Shown: positions 38,943 to 51,575, counted from the first letter of the stretch. The stretch is DNA of 64,000 nt from Bispira polyomma (GCA_965649765.1 OZ287755.1:25358001-25422000), one strand, 5' to 3'. The notes: generated from the letters alone by a model not told the origin. Made by a program: numbers and translations.

Positions 38943-39704
38943 ATTTGTAACAGGTTCTTCTTAGTTCTGTAAATTACCTGTGAAATTGAAAGTCTGTACA
39001 CTTGAAATTTGCACATAAGATTTAGGTATAATCTGTATCGCAGTTTAAGACATAATCTATTATTATCTTTTAAATACACTAATAAAGAGACAAACATCAA
39101 AGTTCCTTATAGTTTTTTAAAATCTTTGAAAAACTTAAAGATATATAAATATAATTTTCTCTGTGTACTAATAATCCAGAATTAAAAAAAAAAGATATTT
39201 TAACATTTACAAAGGATGAATGGTTTGCCTTTCAACTTTTCTATTTCAAAGCCCCCGCTTATGTTTAGTATGTGTAAAGATTTACATTTCTTTAAAAAAA
39301 ACATTTAAAACACCAAAATAATTGTGACACATGTTTACTCACCCGTAAAGGTTATATATGATCAGCTTTGCTGAACTTATTTTCCCATATTTTACCTTGT
39401 ATTTGATGCACATATTTTACACATATTTTACTTGATGATGCCAGATTTTAGCCATGAAATATTTTTGCTCAAACATATATTATGAAAAATGGTAAGACAT
39501 AATAATATACAAGTAATATACCAAAAATGCAACAATGCATTTATTAAATGGATTTTAGGTGGTAGGGGTGTGTAAAAATGTGTCTCTCAGAAAAACTGGA
39601 TATTAACTGAATATTATTTCTGAATTGATTCATAAAAGTACACAATAATATAGATATTAGTGTTGTGACTATTTGAATGTTGATCATTTCTTGAGTTAAT
39701 ATTC

Positions 39705-39967
39705 TGGAGCCGCGGTGGCCTAGTGGTTAGCAAGCATTTCGCTTCACAATCACTGGTCTCTAGCATCTGGGCGGCGTGAGTTCAAATCTTGTCGATGCCT
39801 ATGTGGGAAAGGTGGTAGTTCCTCACTGTGGGCCACTGGTTTCAGTGTAGAACCTTGATCAACTGTATGCAGTGTTTCCTCCAGCGTTTCCAACTACCTG
39901 TCCCAATATAACTTAAACAGGTACTAGAGTGGACGTTAAATATCCCAATTCAAAAAAAAAGAAATTA
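39705..39967 (+). mobile_element. tRNA-derived SINE (family A), full length, TSD AGTTAATATTC
   Basis: A-box TGGCCTAGTGG, B-box GAGTTCAAATC, A-rich tail; TSD at 39694-39704 and 39968-39978. Confidence 0.9.
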
Positions 39968-40499
39968 AGTTAATATTCAATTGTTTATAAAAAGGAAAAA
40001 CAAACATTTTATAATTCAATATTGAAACCAATGTGTTTTAGTGGGCAATACTTTTTATGGTCAATATTATATAAGGCAAGCAAGGGACAAATTGACAGAA
40101 CTTTTGCAGTACTTTGTCAGCTAAAGTGTTTGGGGGTTTTCTTTTGGCAGCTGTGTTTGAACTAACCACACCTATATTATTTTGTGTACTTGTTGGGGAG
40201 TATAAATGTGATTAAACCAATTTCAGCCCTCCTCTGAGAGTCAATAGAAAACTATAGGATGCAGTGAATGCAATGTCAGACACAAAAACAGGTTTTTCAT
40301 ATGGATGTTGAAATAGAAGAATAGAATCATGCTGGCAAAGGGTTAACTTAAAAAAAAATAACAATTTAATAAATTTAATGCTGCCACTTTTTTAGTAATT
40401 TTGCGACTGTGAATAAACATTGTATTTTACATGGGAGATTATTAACACAAAAATACAAAAAAACTTTGTTTAATTCAGTTAGCAGTTGCAGTCCAAGCC

Positions 40500-41605
40500 C
40501 AGACATGAAAAGTTCGTTTGGACAAAGATGAAAAGTTAGACCAGATAATGCTGACACTCTCAAAAATTGAACTAAACCAAGATACTTCATCTGACCCAAA
40601 GTTGACAAGTTAAACAAAAGCTAAGAAATTATCGCTCAAAGTCGCCCAGCTGGAAGGCAAAAATGCTAGGTTTGAAAATGACTTGACTAAGTTGAAAACA
40701 CACTTTGTAGACCTGCAAAAAAGATCAATGGAGAACAATCGATTATTCTATGGATTAACTGAAAAGCCAAATGAAAATTGAAAAAATATGGTCACAAACT
40801 TTATGCAAAAAGATTTCTCTGGATAATATATTCCGTCCTCACAACACAGGTGGTGAAATAAGAGTGGATATAGCAGGATAAAGAGTTGGAAGAAGAAAAC
40901 CAGAGTTGACTTCACCAAGACCAATAGTGGTGCAGTTTCTAACAAGAAAGGGTAAACAGTTGGTCCTACAACATGCCTAGAACCTGAAAGGAACAAGTAT
41001 CAGTGTTGCTGAACAGCTACCACCATTGATAACAGAGCAACGCTTAGCGCAGGTTCCAAAATTACAAGACTTACGTAAGCAGTTTCCAGATAAGAAGCGA
41101 GAGCGAGTGAAGCTGGTGTCCAACAAATTACTCCACAACAACCACTTAATTGATGGTGAGTTTGAAAATTACCAATTACCAATCACAAAAGACACATTCG
41201 ACTATGAAGACCTTGTACATTCAGACACCATTGAATATGAGGATAGTTTCTTTCAAGTCAATGCTATCCAGATCCATTCTACTCTTGATGCTTGCTTAGC
41301 CAGAGATGCAGTTTATCAGAATACAGCGGCAGGTAATACAGACCATATGATGTACATGTATCGCTTCAGAAAAGACTTCAGAAGAAAAAACAGGATATAC
41401 AGATGATAATGAAGTTTGTGGTAGTAAGGAAATTAGAAAAGCTCTTGATCGCAATGGACTTGAAAATGTATTTGTCTGTGTCACATGTGTGCACAATGGA
41501 CCCAATATAGGATTTAAACAATTTGGCTTGATACGTGAGGCCGCAAAGACTGTAATTGCCAAGCTTTCAAATCTGATGATCTTTTGGAAGAACTTCTCAG
41601 CTTAA
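40500..41605 (+). pseudogene. CR1 ORF1: coiled coil, RRM, CTD and C-terminal IMPACT/YigZ (UPF0029)-like domain
   Basis: ORF1 motifs DLQKRSMENNRLFYGLTE, PRPIVVQF, LKGTSISVAEQLP and VKLVSNKL. Then HSDTIEYEDSFFQ...DHMMYMYRF and, after one frameshift near 41385, GYTDDNEVCGS...NVFVCVTCVHNGPNIGFKQFGLIREAA. Confidence 0.8.
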
Positions 41606-42541
41606 TGTAAGACTCACTTTGGTTAAATTGGTTATTGACTCAACACTAGTTTTCTCAATCACAAATTCATATATTAAATTATTACTTCTTTAGTATAATT
41701 TACATTAATTTACATTTCCACCAAGTTTAATATTCAATCTGGTTAAAATTTGTAACTGATTAAACATCAGATTTCTCAATGACAAAGTAATATATCAAAT
41801 CGGATTAGTATTAGTATTAAAGTTGTAATCAATTCATGTTTGGCCATCATGGACTAAACTTCCTCTAATCCTTTTTGAAAAATGTTTTATTTGTCACAAA
41901 ATGGTGTCTTTCTACATTTTAGTTAGTATTAGTACAGACCATATGATGTACATCTATTGCTTCAGATATGAACTCAGATATATTAGCACTCCTGTGAGGG
42001 TTTAGTTTATGAATTATCCCATTATTGTGTTATGTATGTATCTGTGAACTTAATTTAAAAAAAGACTGTAATTGGCTACACTGCAATTGATGGTAGCTCA
42101 GCTAGTAAAATTTATAATTCATTTAATTTACCTCTATTTTTTTAATTAGTTAGTTCTGCATTAAAAAAAATGATTAACTCATGCTAGTTACCAATCAACG
42201 TTGTTACATTAACACTCCTCAGAGGGTCAGTTAGTTAATGGTTGAGTTAATTAATTCTCTTTCTATTATTTTGTTATTTCTATATATTGATGAAGTCTAT
42301 TTACAAAGTATTGGATTTCCAAAATCATTGATGAATATAAAATGAAAAATTAGAAGTGATTCAGATCAATGTATTTTTGTGTATTTGCAAAGGTTAGTAG
42401 ATGATTGTAACTGTAGCATTTCCATCTTTTCCATCATTTCCATTTCCACTATGATAGATACAGTTTATTACAGGGCAGCAAAAAAACACGATGCACTAAT
42501 TTTTTGTGACAAAAGTTGAAGTGACAAGTTCATGTTACATA

Positions 42542-44968
42542 CAGTAGACTCTGTGTAAGTCGATTCACTGTTATTCAAATTTTGGTACATTTTGAACCAA
42601 ATCTCGTGCACCAACTTTCCTCACTATAAAATCACGGTCTAACTGGAAAGTTTGAAGCTTAGTTTGGGCATAAATCGAACCGAATTTGCTGTTCCAAGTG
42701 TGTATTTTGCACTAAAAACTGAAGAGATAATTCGAACCAATCCAAAAACCTTTGGCAAATATTTGAAAAGGGATTAAGACCACGTTTTTTGGAGCCATAT
42801 TTTATCAATGCGGTCAAAGTTAAAAAACAGATTACAGGGCTTTGTGTCATGCATAAATGAACCGTTACACTAACCTAACCACTGTTTTATCCACCAAAGC
42901 CTTTAATTTCCTTTTAAAATCCACCTTTTAGTCATTGTTTTGTGGATTACATGGGCGCGGCCATTTTTTATCTTGTTGGAGTGATAAACATACAGTATAG
43001 CATCCATTATTCTCCCCGTTTCAAATTCAAACTATTGCAATTAAGGTAACCGAGAACTTTCTTTGTTCTTATCATCACAGACTTTACACTTACCAAATAT
43101 TTGTACATCTGAAGAAACTATTGTAAATCAATGGGATTAACTCAAATCCAATTAATAATCACCGGTGTGTATAAAAACAGGGTAAGAATGGGTCATTGAG
43201 TTTTATCATTTCTATCTACACTCATCTTCATGATAACATGGCAACTAATAAAAGGAAAGTGACATCTAAACTAATTCATGAGAAATATCAGGCACTGTTA
43301 GAAGTGGAAGGGAGAGGGAAAAAAAGATATTGCTGAAAAGTATGGCGTACCACTCAATACTCTCAGCACTTGGATCAAAAATCAAGACAAAATTAAACAG
43401 ACCTTTCAAAGTGGTCATCAAAACCTAGCTAGAAAGAGAGTGAAAATCGGAAAATTTGAAGATGTCAGTGCTGCTCTTTTCAAATGGTTTTCAAATAAAA
43501 TGGAACAGGGTGCTGTTATAAGTGGTCCTCTAATGATAGAGAAGGTCCAGAAATCTGATGAAGACCTAGGCATTGAGGACTTCAAGTCTTCTCAGGGATG
43601 GCTGACCAGTTTTAAGGAGAGATATAACATCAGGATCAGATCCATCCAAGGAGACGAGAGGGCTGTGAAGATACAGGATGTAGATGCCTGGCACCAGACA
43701 GTGTGGACGAAAATATTACAGGAGTATCAAGCCAGAGACATCTACAACTGTGACGAGTCTGGCTTGTTCTACAAGATCCTTCCAAACAGAACACTGGCTT
43801 TCAAGGGCCAGAAATGTTCTGGAGAGAAGTTGTCTTTTTTGTTCCAATATGGATGGCTCTGATAATGCGCCACTTCTATGCATTGGCAAATCTAAGAAAC
43901 CAAGGGCATTCAGAGGTCATCTTACTCTTCCTACAGAGTACAAAGCCAATGCTGGGGCTTGGATGACCGCTGAGTTATTTACAGAGTGGCTACAAAAACT
44001 AGACAGCAAGATTGGCCTCCAGCAGAGAAAGATAGCCCTCTTAATGGACAATTGTGATTGTAAGAGACAAATTGAGGCTTTATACAATGGCTCTGCTTTA
44101 GTCTGAAAATGCGGGATGCTCTAAGGGAGTCCCAGCTTGCTTGGGCTAAAGTTTCACAAGAGACCATTGCTAACTGCTGGCTCCATATGGCTTTTAAGGA
44201 ATACGAATTACCTAGTGAATTTATTCCAACAAGTGATTCTCTGGTGTCAGGAACATCCATTGACGACTTCACTGAATATGCAAATATGGACAATGAGCTG
44301 ATCACCAGTGATATGCCCACAGATGAGGACATCGTTAAGGATGTAAAAGGACCTGTGGATGAGGAGGACAGTGATGAGGAGCCCATAGAAGAGCCTATCC
44401 TTTCTCATGATGAAGTAGAGAAGATGTGTCACAAGATGAGAAGATACATCTGTGGAGAATGCTAGACAAGAGCTGGACTGTCTAACAAAAATTGAGATTT
44501 TAGTGAACAAAACGAAAAATAATTCAAAGAAACAGAGCTCTATATCTGATTTCTTTAAGCATATGTAAAACTGTGACCTCTGTGTGTTGTCTTATTTTTT
44601 TTTTTTTTTAAATTTTGTCCACTTTAAACAAAAATGAGCTGTCGACCTTAATTTTAAATATGTAGATTAGAGTAGGGATTCAATTTTGGGTAAGAGGTAT
44701 GTTCATAATATGTAAAAGTGCTTGTATAAAGATGTTTTCAGTTGTTTTAGGTGTTCTTTAATGTTTATATGTTGAAACACAATAAAAGAAATGATTATTT
44801 TATTTTGCTTTCATTGTTGAGTTTTGCGATAAATCACCTATTATCGCCCATTCACATACAATCTCCGACGGACGTGACACAAAGCCCGCGAAAATTATTT
44901 TTCGAATTTGGCGTAATTCGAACCAATTACCTCGGATTTTTGGGATTCGACTTACACAGAGTCTACTG
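42542..44968 (+). mobile_element. Tigger/pogo DNA transposon, 2427 bp, decayed transposase (43238-44568)
   Basis: 22-bp perfect TIR CAGTAGACTCTGTGTAAGTCGA with TA TSD. psq-HTH (KYGVPLNTLSTW), CENP-B HTH (SQGWLTSFKERY), DDE motifs YNCDESG and LLMDN, C-terminal PIP-like QSSISDFF. Confidence 0.95.
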
Positions 44969-44970
44969 TA

Positions 44971-47900
44971 CTATTGTTTTTTTGATACTTAAGTGTGCTG
45001 ATGTTTAACCAAATCCTGGTCCCTCATCAGGTATTGGCTCTACACTTTTCAAAATGTGTCATGTAAATGTCAGAAGTTTATGCTCTTATAATTTCAGTAA
45101 GGTTGACATAATAAGAACTAAGTTATCCATACAGAAAGGATATGATGTCATATGTGTTGGGGAAACTTTGGTTGGATTCTTCAATCTTGAACAGTGATAT
45201 TAGCTTGGAGGGACAGTGTTTATTTCACAAGGACCATAATAGGCATGGCGGAGGTGTAGCTATGTACATTTCGGATCACTTAGGTTTTCAATACATAAAC
45301 GACATTGACACTTTTGATATTGAATCAGTAATCATAAAATTAGTAATAAACGGTAAAAAAGTCTTTGTTTTGTGCTGTTATAGACCACCTGGCTTTTCTG
45401 CTGAGCAAGTTGTCGAATATTTAGTAAAATTCCAATCAATCTTAGACTCACTTTACACTAAAAAATATGATGTCATCCTCATGTTCGGAGATTTTAATGA
45501 TCTTTGTGTTGACTGGAATGACGAACATCCAGTAGGTGAACTAAAATTTGGAATTTGGAAATCTGATATCACATAACAATTTGATTAAGATTATAAGTGA
45601 ACCAACACATGTTACTCCCACATCAGCTTATCTGTTAGACCTAATAATTACTTAGTTTGATAATGGACCAAGGTATTGACAAGCCAATTGGTGATCCTTA
45701 TCATAGTATGGTCTATTGTAATGTAACTTGTACTAATATTAAAGACAGAGCCTACACTAAAAATATATGGTATTATGACTAGGGGAATTATAAAAGTTTC
45801 AGGACAGAATTAGGTATATAGCCTTCGCATGTTATGAATAACTTTGAAATTAGTGAATGGGCTGAACTTTGGACTAACAAGTTTTTAAGAAAAAAATAAT
45901 ATTCCGTTCAGACAGGTAAAAATTAAACCAAATGACAAATACTACATAACATCTGAGATCAAAAGGATGTTACAAAAAAAAGTATGTGGAAAATGTGGCA
46001 TAGAACGAAAAACTACAATTATTATGAATGTTTTAGTGTGTTAAGGAAGGAAGTGAAATTTGCAATAAAAAATTCAAAACATTATTTTGATAATAAAAAC
46101 ATAGAAAAAATGAATAGTCACCAGTGTTCAACTAAAGATTACTGGCATCTATTAAAGACAACTTATGGCAATAAGCATAAACCAAGTATACCAAGTATTA
46201 TAGATGGTAATAATATAATATCAGTGACAAAACAGAAAGCTGACTTGTTTAATCAGTATTTCCGGTTAAAAGCTCAACTTCCTGACAACAGTAACCTACC
46301 TCAGCTTCTCAAAATATTTGAAGTACCAAAGTACTGTTTGTCTTCACTTAACACAAATGAAGAAGAGATAGAAAAGATTATTAGTTCTTTGAATGTAAAA
46401 AAAAGCTAATGGTCCTGACAATATCAGTAATAAACTCTTAAAAGAAGCCTCCACAAGTATATCCAGTTCCCTGTGTTGTTTATTCAATTCTTCTCTGTCA
46501 AAGGGGACAGTACCTCAATGTTGAAAAATGGCTAATGTCACACCTGTATTCAAAGGAAAGGGTAGTAAACAGGAAACAAAAAAATATCACCCATCTCATT
46601 GCTATCAAATGTAGGAAAATTAATGGAAGGTATAGTGTTTAAACATGTATATAAATACTGTTTTGAAAACAAAATTTTAACATGGAGAAATTTGGGTTAT
46701 AAACCGAATGACACAGTTAATCAATTATTAGCTATTACCCATAAAATCCATCAGGCCTTAGAAAAGGGTGAAGATTACTCTTTTATATCATTAGATGCAA
46801 CCGCTGCATTTGACCGAGTATGGCATGCAGGAATGATTTATAACTGCAAAAAATTGGTATTACTGGGCCTCTTTTAGAATGGTTTGTTGATTATTAAAAG
46901 GATAGAAAGCAGAGAGTGCTCATTGGGGACGAAATACTGAATGTGTCAGTATAACAAGTGGAGTTCCACAAGGCCCCATACTGGGTCCATTGTTATTTCT
47001 AATGTACTTTAATGATATGGTAGATGATATAAAAATTGATAGATTTCTCTATACAGATGACACCTCCCTAAAACTATATCAGACAGTTAGAGTTGTTTTA
47101 AAAAGTTAAATCAGGATTTAAAAATAATAAAAAATTGGGGTAAGCATTGGCTTGTAAAGTTTAATCCCAATGAACCAAATATATTGTTTTTTTCAAAAAG
47201 AATAAACCAGCCTCATTATCTAAATTTGTATTTTGGAGATGAAACAATTCAACACATTTAGGGATAACGTTTGATTCAAAATTGACATGGAATAATCAAA
47301 AAGAAAAGATCCTAGACAAAGCATACAAATCACTATCATAACTAAAAGGGGTTCATTCTGGTTACCGCGTTTAGCAAAAAGGCAAATTTATATAAGTTTT
47401 GTGTGTCCGATCCTAGAATATGGTGCAGAACTGTTTGACAACTGTACTGACAAAGTAAATTGTTGGAAAAGATACAGTGTGATATTTGCTTAACAATAAC
47501 TGGTGCATATAAAAAAACAAGTCACAATTCTCTGTTGTCTGAGTGTGGTTTAAACCACTAAAACAAAGACGTAAAATAAAAAAGCTTCATCTTATGTATA
47601 AGTTACAAAATGACCTTGTGCCAGAATATCTCACACAAATATGTTCCCCTGTTGTGTCTGTTACATCGAATTATGAATTAAGATAGGGTAAGAAAATAAA
47701 GCCAATAAAAACTAAAAAAAAAATACTTTCATACATCGTTTTTCCCATCCACTGTAAGAGAATGGAACCTCCTAAATCCAAGTGTACAAGCTGCATTGTC
47801 AATAGAAACTTTCAAGTCAAAATTAAAAGCAAAACATAAATTTTTCAAAGTGTATCTATGGCACCATAGCAAAGCCGCTGTACATCATAGTAGGATCAGA

Positions 47901-48110
47901 ATGGGTTTGAGTGCTTTAAACCAACACAGAAAATTGTTTAATTTCATTGAATCTTGGGTATGCCCTTATTGTGGCGCAAGTAAGGAGGATGCGGAACATT
48001 TCTTTTTTAAATTTCTTTTTTTATAAATGGCACCGGTAGTTTTGATGTAGATAAAAAATTGTTTGAAATTGTGCATTTATTTATAGGAAATTCCAAAAGA
48101 TTCAGTTAAT
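44971..48110 (+). pseudogene. CR1 ORF2 (2A-like, APE, RT, C-terminal zinc finger), many lesions
   Basis: LILKCADV*PNPGP, HVNVRSL, HGGGVAMY, YRPP, GDFN, KANGPDNI, LDATAAFDRVWH, GVPQGPILGP, YTDD and CPYCGASKEDAEHFFF. Confidence 0.9.
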
Positions 48111-48305
48111 TGTAAATTGTATATCTGTATCATTCATAAATGTATGATGTATTGTAATAATGATGTTATGTGTAGCCTATATTTATTATTGTTATAATGC
48201 AGTTTGTAATTGATATGTTAATTTTGGACAAGAGCCTCCAGTGGCCTCACGGCTGTGGGCAATTGTCATGAAATAAATAATGTTTAAAAAAAAATGCAAC
48301 AATAT

Positions 48306-48660
48306 TTCTGGGGCTAGTTTTCTTTTTTTAATACTAAAAAGGATAATTTAGAATAATTGTTTTATTTCTTGCCAGTATTACATATTACAGTGCAAAACAT
48401 ACAAAGGTAATAACGAAGAACCTGATTGTGATCATACACAGATGAACACGAAGACATTTTTGTTTAATTGTGCTTTTGTCATTAGTCAAATATTCCACAA
48501 TGTAAAGTGCATTGATTGTGAGTCCTCTTGTGCTTGTGGGGATAATTATTTTTTAATTTTCTTGGGGAAAAATAAAGTTTCACTCTCGATAACACCTAAT
48601 ACAATAGTTTCTGGATTGATTAACATACCTTATATTATACGTTATATTCTGGTGGTAGAT
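48306..48660. repeat. Unclassified dispersed repeat (copy 1; copy 2 at ~63507-63860)
   Basis: Both copies share TTCTGGGGCTAGTTTTCT...CATTAGTCAAATATT...CAATGTAAAGTGCATTGATT...AAAGTTTCACTCTC. Confidence 0.7.
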
Positions 48661-48944
48661 AATGTTAGAAATGGCCTGCAGGTATTTCTATTTTTTCTTT
48701 TATTACATGTTTATTTTCGAGCCTTTGCCAGGCTAGGCGAATATTTTCTGCAGAGGTTTGTGTGCTTCTACAAAGGGGTTTAATATTGATTTAATATGCT
48801 TGACAAGGAGTGGACATTTACAGCCACATGAAGTGTGGTGATTTTTTGTATAGTTTGGGGTCAGTTAGCAAAAGGAAGTTCAGGGTAAAACACACTAAAA
48901 GTTTATATTCTGTGAGGTCAGAAGCTCCAATGTTTTGTTTACTA

Positions 48945-49085
48945 TTAAGTTTGTGAGGTAAAAAATAAATAATAGTTATTCCTTCCAAAAGCTTTATTGC
49001 TGTACACTCACTGGTTATACCAGTGTACAGCAATAAAGCTTTTGGAAGGAATAACTATTATTTGTTTTTTACCTCACAAACTTAA
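48945..49085. repeat. 141-bp near-perfect palindrome
   Basis: Arms of ~64 bp with one mismatch, a 4-nt bulge and a tiny loop; TTAA at both ends. Confidence 0.95.
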
Positions 49086-49579
49086 CAGATAAGATACACC
49101 AAATATCGCATTTTATTTCAAAAATCATACCTTCCTATTTTCTGGTCTGATTTTTGCAATTCTTTTACCATTTCAATCAGTAAAACAACGCCACGCGAAA
49201 TAAAGGGTTAGAAATAAAATATAAGGTTAAAACTCTTTGCGTTGTGATAATAGAGCAGTGTGTTACAATTATAAACTTAATTGGAGCTTTTTTTCGCAAC
49301 GCAATGCAAAAACAGACAATGCATCAATTAGCTTTCCAAAAACAAGTAAAATCGCTATCGCAGACACTAAGTGAGTTTTAAGCCTAAGACGAACAATTTG
49401 ATACATTGTAGACAAAGCTAATATTTTTGTGTGCTACCGGCTTGCAGCATACTTGGAAACACCTCTTCTATTTTACTGAGGATTTTTCTACAAGCTTGGA
49501 AAGTTGTGAATAAGTTTGTCATTTAGGATATATTTTAAAAATTTTAACCAGTTGATGGCATTAGTTCGTACATCAGGAT

Positions 49580-49745
49580 GAGTTTCACCAGCTTAGGTCA
49601 TATCATGACCATTACGTCTATTAGTGGAAGAAACGAGTGCTAAAGACACTGTTAACCACGCATCTATGGCAAGTACCTGACAAATATTCCCACATCAAGG
49701 AACAAACAAGATTCAACCCACATTGTAAATTCGAAGGTCAGATAT
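49580..49745 (-). mobile_element. Diverged SINE fragment
   Basis: Minus strand has GTGGGTTGAATC...GTGGGAATATTTGTCAGGTACTTGCC...GATATGACCTAAG; a related piece lies at ~62240-62330. Confidence 0.5.
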
Positions 49746-50194
49746 TAAGACGGACGATGAGCCTACCCAGATAGTTGTGACTTTGCACTTTTCAGTGATA
49801 AATGTTCAAATACCTTTAAATACAAACATTTACAAAGTGCAGATGACAAGTAACGTCATAGCCGACTGGCAGGTACATTCAAACGATAATAAATGGACCA
49901 TAACATCTTTGCGTCTACCAAACTTATCGTAGTGTTGAATTGTTCTATTAAATTACAATACCCATTCACCATATTATTTGAAACCCATGCAGTGATTAAA
50001 TTCATTCCAGTCAACATGTCGTAAATATTAAAAAAAAAAAAAAAATTATGAGCTAAAATTATTTAGACACATTAAACATGCAAACGTTTTTTTGTTAAAA
50101 TAATTCATTCAAATAAATAATGAACAATTGTTCATATGTATGGCCATTTAGTGGTTCACATAATACCTGAGAAATATACCTTTACAATATAGCA

Positions 50195-50620
50195 ACATTA
50201 TTATTATTATTGAAGCATTTATATAGTGCCTCGTTGATATATCATATCTAAGGTGCTTGTTCACTGAAAGGGTTAGTCCGACATAATAGCCTGGGTTGAG
50301 ATCAGTATGCAATGACCTATTCGCATCTTGTCCAAGTGGTATTAACATACATCAAAGCATATACCTTCTGATCACCAGACCAAGTCATTCAACCACAAGT
50401 TGAACTTGCGACAATCTGATCACAAGACCTTCTCCGTAACCACTAGGCCACAGGGGATGACAGGTACAAAGGATATATGATATACGTTACATATTTGGCA
50501 ACATACCATCAAATTGTTTTGTGAACAATAAATAATTATCACAGATTCAATTGTGTTACAGATTAAAACAAAATATGTGAAATTATAAGCTTGCCTGGGA
50601 CATTGGATAATGATCCTATA
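50195..50620 (-). mobile_element. tRNA/CORE-like SINE with L2-type tail plus shared 5' flank (copy 2)
   Basis: A-box TGGCCTAGTGG; tail GGCACTATATAAATGCTTC(AAT)n; colinear with 34420-34832. Confidence 0.75.
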
Positions 50621-51225
50621 TATATACATATATATACATTTGACTAAAAAAGTGTTATGAATATGATATGTATGGTCCCGGTAGAATTGGTGTGACATAC
50701 CGTTAGGCTAACCCTAATATCCCAGTAATTGTAACACGCCCATCCTTTGTACCCCACAGTCTATATACAGGCAATTGGGCATTGTTTTCACGTGGTTCTC
50801 CTGGATGGCTGGGAAGTATTTGACCAATTGTTCTGGGAGGGAAGCTGACTAAGTTAATCTGGGCTAGTTCTCAGGAAACCAGCAGTGTACTTTATAATAC
50901 ACATTTTCATAAATGGGGGTTAGTGTGAAACATTATGGTGAGATTTTCAACAAAAGACTGTGGTTTTAAAGTGGTGTTCATTGACATCATACAAACTATG
51001 TGTAAAAAAAACGTTGTGATGCTTTGATAGGGGGGTTTGGCCACCCTCACCCATCCAAGATTTATAAAAGGCTGAACAAAGTTGAAAAAGTCCCATCAGC
51101 AACACTTGTTCACACATTACACGATCATTTACTGACTATTTGACTTAATGGATACATATAAGAATTAAATACTAAATGTAGAGAAGGCTACAAAATGCCA
51201 CATATTTACATAAATGCAAGTGATG

Positions 51226-51575
51226 TTACCAAGCTATCAAATTAATGTCGTCTTTACAAGTCGGATCTGAAGTACCAACTACACTATCTGTGCTATTAGT
51301 CCGCTCTGATGTGGTGCTACTTAACCTTGTAAAAGTCCCTTGTTCATCCAACGTCTCACTTTGGATTGACCTACAGTTACTCGGGTCTTTATCTGAGTCG
51401 TTGTTATCAGCTCTGTCACAACAGCCCATTACTTTACCACAGTGTGAGCAATCCATGAGTACAAGTATCAGGACTTCTCCTGTCAGAAACAATATGGCCA
51501 CTATGCCCACTTTGACAGCGTGTTCTGCCTCTACTGGTTCTCTGAATGCAGGGTCGGCATTAGATACGTCCACAG
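51226..51575 (-). CDS. Terminal exon: transmembrane helix and cytoplasmic tail of the CBM14-mucin-Sushi membrane protein
   Basis: Acceptor TTTTCAG at 51576 (phase 1); TM VGIVAILFLTGEVLILVLM; TAA at 51228-51226. Confidence 0.85.

Larger units (their letters stand above)
39537..48289 (+). mobile_element. Apparently full-length decayed CR1 LINE with nested SINE and Tigger
   Basis: ORF1 remnant, AT-rich spacer, 2A-like motif, APE, RT, CxxC/H tail, 3' hairpin and A-rich end. Candidate TSD AAAAATGCAACAAT at 39523-39536 and 48290-48303. Confidence 0.75.

Noticed and set aside
39705-39800. tRNA gene (also 10880-10950 and 20510-20608)
   Set aside because: A and B boxes are present but no proper cloverleaf; two of these continue into a SINE body with TSDs.
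50691-51116. Solo LTR
   Set aside because: TG...CA and TATA-like motifs are present, but there is no TSD or second copy.
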